A stretch of 64,000 nt of DNA from Candidatus Fermentithermobacillaceae bacterium (lineage in GTDB: Bacteria > Bacillota > Sulfobacillia > Fermentithermobacillales > DUSS01). Below are positions 38,253-48,591 of the stretch, in pieces. The stretch is taken from positions 251-64,250 of the forward strand of contig DUSS01000017.1 of the NCBI GenBank assembly GCA_012842495.1, written 5' to 3'. The notes beneath the pieces were generated by a model. That model did no database searches. It was not told the DNA's origin and worked only from the letters and a program-made list of their open reading frames with translations. Made by a program: the position numbers and the translations under genes. How positions within the stretch are numbered: the first letter of the stretch is position 1; each line of letters begins with the position of its first letter.

Positions 38253-39818
38253 GTGGTGATGCGCGTGCGCATCCAGTACCAGGATGAGCTCTGGGAAATG
38301 GCCTCGGGTACCCTGCTGGGGATCATTCTCTCGATCGTTTCCGGTGTTTGCCTTTGGGTGAGCTTCCCGCCGGCGGGTTGGTGGATACTGGCATGGGTGG
38401 CTCTCGTACCTATGGCGGTGGCCCAGTATGTTTGCTTTCCCGGCTTCCTTGCGTTTATGGCCCCTCTCATCACGTTCAGGGTGTTCATAGGCGGTTATTT
38501 CCGGGAAGTGATACGGGCAAGCTCCGTTAGGCACTCCGGGTCGATGTTGCTGGCACTGGCCGCGGTTTTCATCGGAACAGCGTGGCAGAGATCTTTTCAC
38601 GAAAGAACGCGGTACAAGTGGTTCCTCGTGGAACCCGTCTGTTTTTGGGTCGCATTCGAATGGGTGAGAGACCAGCTTCGTTCGGTCGGAACATGGGCTT
38701 CCCTTGCTTATTCTCAGTACAACGTAAACCCGGTGGTTCGTTGTGCTTCGGTCGTCGGGACGATGGGAGTTTCCGCCGTTATCCTCCTGGTAAACTACAC
38801 GTTCGCATGGGGCCTTATAGGGGCCAGGAAGGGTCGGAGCAGGAAAGAGATCGCGCGGAAGGTTCTTTGGGCGGCTGCGGTTTTCGCCGTCGTTTTTGCG
38901 GCTAGTTGGTGGAAAGTAAGCGTTGCCCGGTGGTCAGCAGGTGGATTGTGTCCCGTTGCGGGCACAGGCGGGCAATCAGGTGTGGACGGCAAAAGGTGTG
39001 TCACCGTCAGGGTAGCTGCATGTCAGCCCGGGGAGAAATACAGTGCCCGGGAAGACCAGGGTGTCTCCGTCTACGAGGAGATGGTGGCGCAAGCTGCCAG
39101 GGAGGGTTCAAGCTTGTTTGTCTTACCGGAAGGGTGTTTCTCGGAAGATCCCCGGGACGAGCCCATCAGAAGTTCCCTGACTTCGCTGGCGCGGCGATAC
39201 CGGATAGCCATAGTAGCTCCGTACATCCTGGATACTCCCAAAGGCACCATAAACGAAGCGGTGTTCGTCACGTCCGGTGGTGAAATCGCGGGGAGTTCCC
39301 CCAAGCATCACCCCCTTTCCATTTACGGCGAAACGAGCGTGACTCAAGGTTCGTATCGTGTCTACGATGTTCCCTGGGGCAAAGTTGGGATCATTATCTG
39401 TTTCGATTTGGATTTCACCGGTGTGACCAGAACCCTCGCGAACATGGGGGCGAACCTGATAGCGGTGCCATCCAGCGATTGGCAGAGCGTAGCTTCAAAA
39501 CACTATACCCACGCCGTCTTTCGAGCTGCCGAAAACGGTGTGGCCATCGTCAAGGCGGACTCATGGTACTCGTCGTGCGTGGTTTCGTGGAACGGCCGGA
39601 TAGAGGCGAAAGCCGTAAGCCGTTTCCGCCACCAGGAACTTCTTGTCGCGGATGTACTAGTGAGAACGGGGCCGCCTCTTCCAGGAGGAAAAGTCGGATA
39701 CTACGCAGGTCTTTTGTGTCTGATTGGAATAACCTGTTTCCGGGTGTATGATTTGGTTGGCGTCTCGAAGCGGATTGTCTGGCGCGGGAACCGGACTATC
39801 CGCGCCGGAGTCAAGTAA
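38253..39818 (+). CDS. lnt: Apolipoprotein N-acyltransferase
   Basis: N-terminal multi-TM domain followed by a C-N hydrolase domain (VAACQPG..., GKVGIIICFDLDF with catalytic Cys, AVPSSDW) and a C-terminal TM segment. Alternative ATG at 38298. Confidence 0.7.
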   Translation: MVMRVRIQYQDELWEMASGTLLGIILSIVSGVCLWVSFPPAGWWILAWVALVPMAVAQYVCFPGFLAFMAPLITFRVFIGGYFREVIRASSVRHSGSMLLALAAVFIGTAWQRSFHERTRYKWFLVEPVCFWVAFEWVRDQLRSVGTWASLAYSQYNVNPVVRCASVVGTMGVSAVILLVNYTFAWGLIGARKGRSRKEIARKVLWAAAVFAVVFAASWWKVSVARWSAGGLCPVAGTGGQSGVDGKRCVTVRVAACQPGEKYSAREDQGVSVYEEMVAQAAREGSSLFVLPEGCFSEDPRDEPIRSSLTSLARRYRIAIVAPYILDTPKGTINEAVFVTSGGEIAGSSPKHHPLSIYGETSVTQGSYRVYDVPWGKVGIIICFDLDFTGVTRTLANMGANLIAVPSSDWQSVASKHYTHAVFRAAENGVAIVKADSWYSSCVVSWNGRIEAKAVSRFRHQELLVADVLVRTGPPLPGGKVGYYAGLLCLIGITCFRVYDLVGVSKRIVWRGNRTIRAGVK

Positions 39819-39923
39819 GGAGGAGGCGGAGTCCGGCGCACCAGAACTAGCCTTGCTCCGGCCCGGCTTTAGTTGCCCGTTCGGCGGCTGCCCGTGCTTT
39901 CACCCTGATTGGAGGTATTCGAT

Positions 39924-41468
39924 TTGGGAATCCCGGTGTTATTCGTCTACCCCGACTTCGTGGCGCAGGAACGCACCGGTCGTCCGGGAACGTACGACGT
40001 GGAGACGGGTGGGTGGTACGCCGAAGGTCTGGGTGCCATGTCGGCATCCTTGCGCGCGGCGGGTCATCATCCCTCGCTTATGCATCTTACGGTGCCTCCC
40101 GACCGGGACGAGTTCACGGCGCTATTGAGGCAGCATAACCCGGCCCTGGTTGCATTCACCGTTCGATCCAGCGCGTTTCCCTATTGCCTGGAATACACCC
40201 GCTGGGTGAAAGAAGGGTCCGGGGCCTATGTCATATGGGGTGGATACCATCCTACTCTGGCTCCGGAAGAGTGCCTCGAGGTTCCGGGCGTGGATTCCAT
40301 CTGCGTCGGTGAAGGCGACCGGGCGATAGTGGATCTGGCCGACGCCTTATCTGGGAGCAAGCAGCCGGTACATATCGAAAGTTTGTGGTTCAATACGGCC
40401 TCCGGTCCGGTTCGAAATCCGGTCCGCCCTATGGTTGAGAACCTCGATGAGCTTCCCATCCCCGATTTTGAGCTCTTTGACCGGAGGAGGCTCATAGCGA
40501 CGCGTACCGGTGTGGCCACCGCCATGCTTTCCCGCGGCTGTCCCTTCCGGTGTGGATACTGCTCGAACCACAGGCAGAGAGCGGTTTACCCTAATTCCAG
40601 CCGGTATGCGCGCTGCCGCAGCCCTCGAAACTCCATAGAATACCTGCGCCGCTTACGGGAATGGTTTCCGGAGGTTAGAGAGCTTCGCTTTCTCGACAAC
40701 GTCTTCGGCCTTGGGCGCATGTGGTTGGAAGAGTTCTCCGAACTTTATAGACGGGAAATCGGACTTCCCTTCAGCTGTAACCAACGTCCGGATCTGGTGA
40801 CCCGGGAAAGCTTGGCGCTTCTCGCTCGTACCGGATGCCGCATGATTTATATGGGCATCGAATCGGGCGATGAAGAGGTTCGCCGTCTGATCCTGGGCCG
40901 TCGCATAAGCGACGAGCGGTTGAAAGAGGTTTTCCGCGCTTGCCGGGAAATGGGGATAGCTACGGTAGCCTACAACATGGTGGGGCTCCCCGGAGAAGAC
41001 CGTAAGAAGGCGCTGGCCACTGTAAAGATGAACGCTGTCTGTCGTCCCGCCAGCGTCGTCGTGAGCGTCTTTTCGCCTTACCCCGGCACGGATCTCTATG
41101 ACCTTTCGGTTAAGAAAGGCTACGCGCCACGCCACATGGATTACCGGGCTCGAACCTTTCTCGACCAGCCGAACTTCTCAAGACAGGAGGTTGCTCTCGT
41201 ATATACGTATTTTAGGCTCCTGGTCGGACTCTACCGGCTAGCAGGCGCCATCCCCTGGCTGAGGCGAATCCTTGTCCTTCTCCTGGATACACTTACCATT
41301 TCGGTGTTTTTCAGGTTGACCTGGCTCGTGACTTTTGGGGAAAGAGGGGCTTCGGCTGTTCGTCGCTTTCGCGAAGGAATTCGCCGGTACATCCCGTGGC
41401 TTTACCGGTTGTTGAGGGCAGTCAAAATGGCCGTTGCACGAGGAGGTATCAGCGCCATCAGAAAGTAG
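39924..41468 (+). CDS. B12-binding domain radical SAM protein
   Basis: N-terminal cobalamin-binding Rossmann-like region (VLFVYPDF...AFTVRSS...WGGYHPTL). Radical SAM motif LSRGCPFRCGYCSNH. TTG at 39924 preceded by GGAGG; the ORF track gives 39909. Confidence 0.8.
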   Translation: MGIPVLFVYPDFVAQERTGRPGTYDVETGGWYAEGLGAMSASLRAAGHHPSLMHLTVPPDRDEFTALLRQHNPALVAFTVRSSAFPYCLEYTRWVKEGSGAYVIWGGYHPTLAPEECLEVPGVDSICVGEGDRAIVDLADALSGSKQPVHIESLWFNTASGPVRNPVRPMVENLDELPIPDFELFDRRRLIATRTGVATAMLSRGCPFRCGYCSNHRQRAVYPNSSRYARCRSPRNSIEYLRRLREWFPEVRELRFLDNVFGLGRMWLEEFSELYRREIGLPFSCNQRPDLVTRESLALLARTGCRMIYMGIESGDEEVRRLILGRRISDERLKEVFRACREMGIATVAYNMVGLPGEDRKKALATVKMNAVCRPASVVVSVFSPYPGTDLYDLSVKKGYAPRHMDYRARTFLDQPNFSRQEVALVYTYFRLLVGLYRLAGAIPWLRRILVLLLDTLTISVFFRLTWLVTFGERGASAVRRFREGIRRYIPWLYRLLRAVKMAVARGGISAIRK

Positions 41469-41627
41469 GAAAAGCCCGAAACCATCAGACCGTACGAGAT
41501 TCCCCCCAGCCCTGAATATCGGCCCGGACCTACGCCGGCCGAACCGGTAGGCGTCGCCTCGAGTCTCCCAAGTTTTATCGTAGAATAGGGTCGAGACAGG
41601 TTTTCCGTAGCAGAGGAGGCTTATAGA

Positions 41628-42482
41628 ATGTTGAGAACCAACGAAGACAGGCTTGTTATGCTATCGGTCATGGGAGAAGTATCGCACCCTGGTGCGAAGC
41701 CGCGGGTCGGATACGATGGGGTTACCCGGGTGCTGCCGGGAACAGGGGGCATCACTTACAACGTAAAGGTGGGCGACCCCGCGTTCGGCTGGGCCGGGGA
41801 CCACGTCGAGCCCGGGGTAAGCACCAAGAACAAAGAGGAACAGCCGAATGCCGGTTACAACACTTTGTCCTGCGTCGGCAACACCGCTATTGTCGTATCG
41901 GGCGATGCCAAAGGCGCCAGGGGAACCGTCACCGGAAAGCACGGCGGCATCGAGCATGTCTTAATCCACTTCGACCACGACACTTTAGACAAACTGCAGA
42001 TCGGCGACAAGGTGCTGGTCAAAGCGTTCGGGCAGGGACTTGAACTCACCGACTATCCGGACGTGAAGTGCATGAATCTCGACCCGGGACTCCTTCACAA
42101 GATGGGTATCGTTGAGAAAGACGGAGTGCTGGAGGTGCCCGTCGCTGCAGAAATTCCCCCCGAATTCATGGGAAGCGGGCTCGGGGCGTCCTCCGCGGAG
42201 ACCGGGGATTACGACATAACTTCCATGGAACAGGAAAGGCTTAAGGAGCTCGGACTAGACCGGATCCGGTTGGGAGACATTGTCGCCATAAAGGATTCCT
42301 CGTCCTACTACGGGAGAAGCTACCGCAGGGGAGCGGTCATTATAGGCATCGTCGTCCACAGCAACTCATTTGTGTCCGGTCACGGCCCGGGTGTAACGTC
42401 CCTCTTGACTTCGCTGACCGGAAGAATACGACCCGTCGTGGTGGAGAGGGCTAACATAGCCGAATATCTCAATCTGAGATGA
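41628..42482 (+). CDS. Conserved hypothetical protein (DUF4438-like)
   Basis: A 284-aa soluble protein immediately downstream of the B12-radical SAM gene. The family assignment is from memory of size and composition and is tentative. Confidence 0.4.
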   Translation: MLRTNEDRLVMLSVMGEVSHPGAKPRVGYDGVTRVLPGTGGITYNVKVGDPAFGWAGDHVEPGVSTKNKEEQPNAGYNTLSCVGNTAIVVSGDAKGARGTVTGKHGGIEHVLIHFDHDTLDKLQIGDKVLVKAFGQGLELTDYPDVKCMNLDPGLLHKMGIVEKDGVLEVPVAAEIPPEFMGSGLGASSAETGDYDITSMEQERLKELGLDRIRLGDIVAIKDSSSYYGRSYRRGAVIIGIVVHSNSFVSGHGPGVTSLLTSLTGRIRPVVVERANIAEYLNLR

Positions 42483-42489
42483 AGGAGCG

Positions 42490-43167
42490 GTGAGATCCTT
42501 GCGACTCCTTCTGGCCGACGACGACGAAGTGCTCTTAAAGGGGCTGAAACGCACTCTCACGTCCGTTGGTTACGAGGTGACGACGTGCACCGACGGGTCG
42601 GATGTCATCTCAAAAGTGGAAGAAGACGAACCCGATCTCGTGATTCTGGACATAATGCTTCCCGGCAGGGACGGTCTGTCGGTCCTCAAAGAAATCAGGG
42701 ATAGATATCCAGACCTGCCGGTCATAATGCTTACCGCGAGATCGGAATATGTAGACCGGGTCGTCGGCCTTGAGATGGGAGCGGACGATTACGTTTCCAA
42801 GCCCTTCAGCGTCAGGGAGCTGGAGGCCCGGATAAAAGCGGTTTCCCGAAGAGCCTCGCGGACGAAGAAGTCTCAGATCAGGGTCGGGGACATTCTGGTG
42901 GACCTTTCCGGTAAGAGGGTATGGAAGGGAACCCGGGAGATCTTCCTCACCCCCAGGGAATTTGAAATACTCTCGGTGCTGTTCAAGAACAGGGGAGTGG
43001 TTTTCAGCAGGGAAAAACTTCTGGAGATTTGCTGGGGTTATGAGTTTCTCGGAGACTCCCGGGTGGTGGATATTCAGGTGTCGCGTCTGAGGGACAAACT
43101 CGAAGACGATCCTAAAAAGCCCCGGTACATCCTGACAAAGAGAGGCTTCGGTTATTACTGTGGCTGA
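42490..43167 (+). CDS. OmpR-family response regulator
   Basis: Receiver LLADDDEVLLKGL...LVILDIMLPGRDG...IMLTA. Winged-helix C-terminus (REFEILSVLFKN...VVDIQVSRLRDKLE...ILTKRGFGY). Confidence 0.85.
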   Translation: MRSLRLLLADDDEVLLKGLKRTLTSVGYEVTTCTDGSDVISKVEEDEPDLVILDIMLPGRDGLSVLKEIRDRYPDLPVIMLTARSEYVDRVVGLEMGADDYVSKPFSVRELEARIKAVSRRASRTKKSQIRVGDILVDLSGKRVWKGTREIFLTPREFEILSVLFKNRGVVFSREKLLEICWGYEFLGDSRVVDIQVSRLRDKLEDDPKKPRYILTKRGFGYYCG

Positions 43168-44704
43168 TGGGGACAAACGCGGGCGCCGAACGCTCATCAG
43201 AAAGCTCGTGAACCTGCGGGGTGTGTTTCCCAGCGGTAAACCGCTGGGAATGAGATGGCACCTTCTCCTGGGTTACCTGCTGGTTATATGGATCACCCTT
43301 GCTCTTCTCACGGTATCTCTGTCGAAAATCCTCGAGTCTGCCGCCATCGGTTCCAGGCGGGCATATCTTTACGCCCAGGCGCATCTCATAGCATCTGCGA
43401 TTCGGGCGAGAGGTGGTCCCGCTGTGGCCAGGCTCAGCGCCATCGGCGGTATCCCCCTTCAGGGCCGGGTGCTTGTGCTGGATGGCAGCGGGCGGGTCCT
43501 GGAAGACTCGGCAGCTGATCCCGACATGCTGGGTAAGGTGCTGGGATTGCCCGAGGTGAAGGAAGCTCTTCAAGGGAAGGAATCATCCAACACGTACTAT
43601 CTCCCGGATGGAAGCTTCGTGATGTACGTGGCCGTTCCATCTTCCTGGGACCAGCAGGGTGGCGCTCTCTTTATTGCTCAGGACCTCGGAGACGTAGTGG
43701 CTCAGTACAGGGGCATCATGACCATGGTGCTCACGGCCGGTGTAGTAGCTTCTCTGGTGGCGCTCGTGGCGGCCTGGGCCATTTCGAATTTGGTGGCCGG
43801 ACCTGTGCTGGAACTGGCCCGTAGTGCCCGCCGTGTGGCTGCCGGACGCCTGGATGTGAGAGTGGAGCCTAAAGGCCCCCTCGAGACCAGGACGCTGGGA
43901 GAGGCCTTCAACTTCATGACCGAAGAGGTGCAGAGAACCATCGCCGGTCACGAGCAGTTTCTGGTGGCGGCCGCTCACGAGTTAAGGTCGCCCCTCGCTT
44001 CCATGTCGGTGCTGGTGGAATCCATGAAAATGAAGCTCCCGGCTCCTGAAGAAATGCCCGAGCTCCTCGAGGATCTGGAGTCTGGAGTCAAGTCGCTATC
44101 GAGAGTTTCCGAAGGAATCCTCGATCTCCTGCGGGTGAGAGCGAGGCCTACTGAGGCCAAAAAGTGTAAGGGAAAAGACCTCGTAGCGATCATCGACGAG
44201 GCTCTTGCTGACAGGAACAGCCTGATTAAGGAGAAGAACCTTGCGGTGGATAAAGAGGTTCGCATTCCGGATGATACACTGGTTGACCTCGATCCAGTTC
44301 TCGTCCGGCTGGTGGTGTCAAACCTGATAGACAATGCGTTGAAGTTTACACCGGCGGGAGGTAGCGTGAAGGTAGCTCTCGTCGCGGAACGGTGGAGCTT
44401 GTCAGGAGAGCGCAAGTTTTTACAGGGAAATGAGATGCCCGGGGCCGACCTCTCTCAAAGATGCGGTCTGGTGTTTGAAGTAGGCGACACCGGTCCCGGC
44501 ATTGCTCCGGAACACGTTCCCAGGATATTCGAGAGGTTCTACCGGATTGATCAGTCCAGACAGCGGGCAACGGGAGGCACGGGGCTGGGGCTCGCGATCG
44601 TAAAGGAGGCCTGTGACAAATCCGGGGGCATCGTAACCGTGGAAAGCCAACGAGGGAAGGGGTCGACCTTTCGAGTTACCTGGCGGAACGTGATCCAAAC
44701 GTGA
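43160..44704 (+). CDS. Sensor histidine kinase (TM sensor, HAMP, HisKA, HATPase)
   Basis: H-box AAHELRSPLASM. N-box NLIDNALKF. G-boxes GDTGPGI and GTGLGLAIVK. Its start overlaps the response-regulator stop. Confidence 0.85.
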   Translation: MADGDKRGRRTLIRKLVNLRGVFPSGKPLGMRWHLLLGYLLVIWITLALLTVSLSKILESAAIGSRRAYLYAQAHLIASAIRARGGPAVARLSAIGGIPLQGRVLVLDGSGRVLEDSAADPDMLGKVLGLPEVKEALQGKESSNTYYLPDGSFVMYVAVPSSWDQQGGALFIAQDLGDVVAQYRGIMTMVLTAGVVASLVALVAAWAISNLVAGPVLELARSARRVAAGRLDVRVEPKGPLETRTLGEAFNFMTEEVQRTIAGHEQFLVAAAHELRSPLASMSVLVESMKMKLPAPEEMPELLEDLESGVKSLSRVSEGILDLLRVRARPTEAKKCKGKDLVAIIDEALADRNSLIKEKNLAVDKEVRIPDDTLVDLDPVLVRLVVSNLIDNALKFTPAGGSVKVALVAERWSLSGERKFLQGNEMPGADLSQRCGLVFEVGDTGPGIAPEHVPRIFERFYRIDQSRQRATGGTGLGLAIVKEACDKSGGIVTVESQRGKGSTFRVTWRNVIQT

Positions 44705-44938
44705 TCCGCCTTTGAGATTTGCGCAGTTCCGTTTACGATTTGCATGGCCGCTGACCGAGACACCTGGGCCGGAGCGCCGGGTTTCTGGGGCTGGCGTACT
44801 TTATACCTGCGGCCCATCGGGTCCCGTCGCCGAACCCTCTGACCGGTTCGAAGGGGCTGACAGTGTTACAAAACTGATACATTCGGCAGCAACGTCGAAA
44901 AACTACCCAGGCACAATGGTGTTAAGTAAAAACGGGAG

Positions 44939-45805
44939 GTGTTTGTCATGCAAAAGAACGGAATTCCGCGGGGTTTTAAGGCGAGGTTCGCCTGGATGGG
45001 TGGCGTGGCCGCGTCCTTGGTGCTGGCGGCCCTCTTGCTCGCGGGCTGCAAGCCTTCGGCTTCGGGTGGGACGCCTCCCCAACTGGTAAGCCCGGTGCCA
45101 TCCAAAGACACGGTTATCCTCACCCTGTACTTCGGGGATGACCAGGCAATGGAAGTCCTTCCGGAGCGCCGGGAGGTGGAGGTTCCCAGCGATCCGTCTC
45201 AAAGGCCGCCCCTTTACACACTGGTTGTTCAAGAGCTTTTGAAGGGGCCCACTGATCCTCTTCTCAGAAAAACACTTCCGCCTGAAGCTAAGCTTCTATC
45301 TATCCAAGTGACGGACGGACTGGCGCTGGTGAACTTTTCAAAAGAACTGCAGACCAGGCACTGGGGGGGAAGTACCGGCGAGGCAATGACCCTTCTTTCC
45401 CTGGTCAACTCGTTGACGGAGCTTCCCGAGATTCAAAAGGTGCAGATTCTGCTGGAAGGCAAGAAGATCGAGACGCTGGCCGGTCATTTTGAGACCATGG
45501 AGCCTCTGACGCGGTCTGTACGCACCGGCGACTTCTTCACCAGTGAAGAAAGGGCCAAGGCGCTGCAGGACCGGGTTGATAATGGTCAGGAATCCTGGCG
45601 GAAAGATCCTCTGGAAGTTGCCAAAAGAGAGTCGGGTGCTAAGGGGCTTCTTTCCAACCTCGAGTACAAGTTAGTCTCCAAGGAATCCGGGAGGGCCACG
45701 GTTTCGGTGGAGTACAATGGCAAGACCTATGTCATCGTGCTGGGCCAGCCCCAGAAGCAGGGAGACCAGGGCATCTGGGTCATCAAGAGCATCGAGAAAA
45801 AGTAA
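44939..45805 (+). CDS. GerMN-domain lipoprotein (GerM-like sporulation/germination protein) with an extra C-terminal domain
   Basis: Signal peptide plus lipobox LLAGC. GerMN-like block (ILTLYFGDD...LVVQELLKGP...LVNFSKEL). Confidence 0.55.
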   Translation: MFVMQKNGIPRGFKARFAWMGGVAASLVLAALLLAGCKPSASGGTPPQLVSPVPSKDTVILTLYFGDDQAMEVLPERREVEVPSDPSQRPPLYTLVVQELLKGPTDPLLRKTLPPEAKLLSIQVTDGLALVNFSKELQTRHWGGSTGEAMTLLSLVNSLTELPEIQKVQILLEGKKIETLAGHFETMEPLTRSVRTGDFFTSEERAKALQDRVDNGQESWRKDPLEVAKRESGAKGLLSNLEYKLVSKESGRATVSVEYNGKTYVIVLGQPQKQGDQGIWVIKSIEKK

Positions 45806-45815
45806 GCCTCAAGGT

Positions 45816-45882
45816 GTGACAGCTGGCTGCTTCCGGTAATTACCGCGTCGGTGTTTTGCAAGCAGCCAGCTGTGTCATTTTG
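45816..45882. terminator. Long-loop hairpin (GACAGCTGGCTGCT ... AGCAGCCAGCTGTGTC) followed by ATTTT, downstream of the GerM-like gene
   Basis: Inverted repeat of about 14 bp with a roughly 29-nt loop, directly after the stop codon. Confidence 0.35.
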
Positions 45883-46098
45883 GTGGGATGTGTGTTCGGA
45901 AGCCCCCGGGGAAGATATCCACGGCCAAACCATTTCCTGTTCCGGCGGGCAAGAGGGATTTTCTTTCGCGTGACGAACGATAGAAGAGTTTCGAGTTGAC
46001 TGGCCTAAGCACAGATACCTCCAGTTCCGGAGGAATCAGTATCTGGGCACCGAGGATGATGAAACAGGTCAACCAATGCTAGGAGGAACTCTTTAAGA

Positions 46099-47508
46099 AT
46101 GGCCGAGGAGCGAAATTCGGAAATCGCTTACAGGTCAAAGGCGGTATTAAAACCCGAACAAATGGAGTCAAAGGGTCTCGTGCGACGGGCAATTTTATCC
46201 CTGGCCGGGCCCGTCATCGTGGAGCAGATCCTTGCCATGTTCGTTCAGGTAGTAGATGCAGCTATGGTCGGACGCCTCGGTGCGGAGGTCGTAGCCGGGA
46301 TTTCCCTGAGCTTCCAACCGATGATGCTTGTATCCGGCATCTTCGGAGGCATTGCCGTGGGAAACACGGTTCTGGTAGCGAGGTCGGTGGGAGCGGGGGA
46401 CCGTTCGACCGCTTCGAACACCGCCCGGCAATCCCTCTTGATTGGGTCCCTCCTTGCCCTTGTGCTGAGCGTCCCCGGTTGGTTTCTTGCTCCAGAGGTG
46501 ATCTCGCTCATGGGGGCCGAGGGAGAAGCTCTTAGAAGAGGAGCGGCGTACTTCCGATGGCTTATCCCCGGTGCCCCATTCATGCTGGCATCGTTCATTG
46601 CAGCGGGCTCTTTGAGAGGTGCCGGAGATACCGTGACGCCCATGGTGGTCAACGCCGCTTCCAACCTGCTGAATGTGGCTTTGAACTGGGTGTTGATTTG
46701 GGGCAAACTTGGCATGCCCAGGCTGGAAGAACGAGGCGCCGCCATCGCCACCAGCATCTCACGGTTTTTCGCTTTCCTCGCCCTGATCCTGGTTATGTCG
46801 CGGGCGAAGAGCGTCGTGCATTTCTCCTGGCGTAATCCGAAGGAAGTCGCCCGAATCGATTGGTCACTCGTACAAAAGATATTCCGTATAGGGCTTCCGG
46901 CTGCAGCCGAAAGGATTGTCATGTCTGGAGCTCAGCTCGTTTACGCTCGTACCGTTGCGTCCCTGGGGATGATTGCCTACGCCGCGCACGCCGTCAGCCT
47001 AAACGCGGAATCCATCTCGTTCATGCCGGCTTTCGGGTTCGCTACGGCGGCATCCACAATGGTAGGTCAAAATCTGGGTGCTAAGCAGCCCAGAGCTGCA
47101 TCGGTGTCGGCGTGGGAGTGCTGGAAGATGGCGCTTATGGTCATGGGCGCCATGGGGGTTCTTTTCGCCCTGTTTCCCACGGCGTTCATGAAGATATTCA
47201 CCGATGACGTTCGCGTCTTTCCGTTCGGCTACATCACGATGAGGATCATGGGATACGTGCAATTCCCGGAATCCATCGGTTTTGTTCTGGGCGGTGCTTT
47301 GAGGGGCGCCGGAGATACTCGATCCGTGCTCATTTACACCATCATCGGTGCATGGGGCGTCCGAGTCGGGCTTGCGCTGCTCTTCATCGCCGCCTTCAAA
47401 TGGGAGCTTCTAGGTGCCTGGCTTGCGATGGCCCTTGACTGGACCGTCAGAGCTTCCCTCATGTTCTGGCGATGGAATAGTGGGAAGTGGCAGCACATTA
47501 CGGTGTAA
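46099..47508 (+). CDS. MATE family efflux transporter
   Basis: 12-TM architecture with the MATE N-terminal LAGPVIVEQIL...MVGRLG pattern. Alternative start at ATG 46162. Confidence 0.85.
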   Translation: MAEERNSEIAYRSKAVLKPEQMESKGLVRRAILSLAGPVIVEQILAMFVQVVDAAMVGRLGAEVVAGISLSFQPMMLVSGIFGGIAVGNTVLVARSVGAGDRSTASNTARQSLLIGSLLALVLSVPGWFLAPEVISLMGAEGEALRRGAAYFRWLIPGAPFMLASFIAAGSLRGAGDTVTPMVVNAASNLLNVALNWVLIWGKLGMPRLEERGAAIATSISRFFAFLALILVMSRAKSVVHFSWRNPKEVARIDWSLVQKIFRIGLPAAAERIVMSGAQLVYARTVASLGMIAYAAHAVSLNAESISFMPAFGFATAASTMVGQNLGAKQPRAASVSAWECWKMALMVMGAMGVLFALFPTAFMKIFTDDVRVFPFGYITMRIMGYVQFPESIGFVLGGALRGAGDTRSVLIYTIIGAWGVRVGLALLFIAAFKWELLGAWLAMALDWTVRASLMFWRWNSGKWQHITV

Positions 47509-47559
47509 ATTCCGCATTCGCGGGTCTAGGAATGCCGGGTAAGGAGGAACTGAGTTACC

Positions 47560-48540
47560 ATGCCGGTTCATACCCACGAAGATAGCCCAGTAATGAACGT
47601 GAAACAGGTGCATGCCGGATCGGGCCCTGGCAGCGCGAGTCGTCCGCAACCGGCTGCCCAGAAGTTGTCGGGGATATTCGCCCCGATTCCTACCCCGTTT
47701 GTAAATGAGGAGATAGCGTACGACAAGCTCGATGCGAATCTCCAGCGGTGGGCCCGAACAAGGCTCGCAGGTATAGTGGTGCTGGGTTCCAACGGCGAGG
47801 CGCCTTTTCTCGACGAGGACGAGAAGGTGAGTCTCGTTTCGTTTTGCAGGCGTCATTTTCCCGCTGACAAGGCGGTGATCGCAGGTACGGGTTGCGAAAG
47901 CACTCGGGCCACGATCCGTTTGACCAAGCGGTGTGCAGATGCCGGTGTCGAGGCCGTGCTCGTCATATCACCCCACTATTTCAAAGCATCCATGAACTCT
48001 GAAGCCCTCGAAAGGTTTTACCAGGAGGTGGCGGATGCTTCGCCTGTGCCGGTGCTCGTCTACAACATGCCCGGCAACACCGGGCTGAATTTACCGTCGT
48101 CTCTCGTGACGCGTCTTGCCCGGCACCCCAATATCACCGGGATCAAGGATTCAAGCGGGAATATAGTCCAGATTGCGGAGATCATTGCCAACGCGCCACC
48201 GGACTTTTCGGTGTTCGCCGGGTCGGCGAGTTTCCTCTTACCTTCGCTGATTTTGGGAGCTCGCGGCGGGACTCTCGCTGCGGCCAACGTAATCCCCGGT
48301 ATCTGTACGGATATTTACGAGCTGGCGCTCGCCGGCAGGACGGAGGAAGCTTCGGTGCTTCAAAAGAAGATCCTGCGGCTCAACGCGGCTGTCACCTCCC
48401 GGTTCGGCGTGGCCGGTCTGAAGGCGGCGCTGGATATGATCGGATACTACGGCGGTCCGCCTCGAAGGCCCGTCTTGCCTCTGGGGGATACGGAAAGGGC
48501 GGAGATTCGCTCTATTTTGGGGGAGCTTGGGCTAATCTGA
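47560..48540 (+). CDS. Dihydrodipicolinate synthase (DapA) family lyase
   Basis: GIFAPIPTPF...VVLGSNGEAPFL...AGTG...ISPHYF blocks of the DHDPS/NAL family. A 30-aa N-terminal extension is possible. Confidence 0.8.
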   Translation: MPVHTHEDSPVMNVKQVHAGSGPGSASRPQPAAQKLSGIFAPIPTPFVNEEIAYDKLDANLQRWARTRLAGIVVLGSNGEAPFLDEDEKVSLVSFCRRHFPADKAVIAGTGCESTRATIRLTKRCADAGVEAVLVISPHYFKASMNSEALERFYQEVADASPVPVLVYNMPGNTGLNLPSSLVTRLARHPNITGIKDSSGNIVQIAEIIANAPPDFSVFAGSASFLLPSLILGARGGTLAAANVIPGICTDIYELALAGRTEEASVLQKKILRLNAAVTSRFGVAGLKAALDMIGYYGGPPRRPVLPLGDTERAEIRSILGELGLI

Positions 48541-48591
48541 GCTCGACCTCACCGAACCGCATAGGATGTCTCGAAAGCTTTCTGCTCGGAG

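Noticed and set aside
46245-46922. 225-aa minus-strand ORF
   Set aside because: Antisense to the MATE transporter gene.
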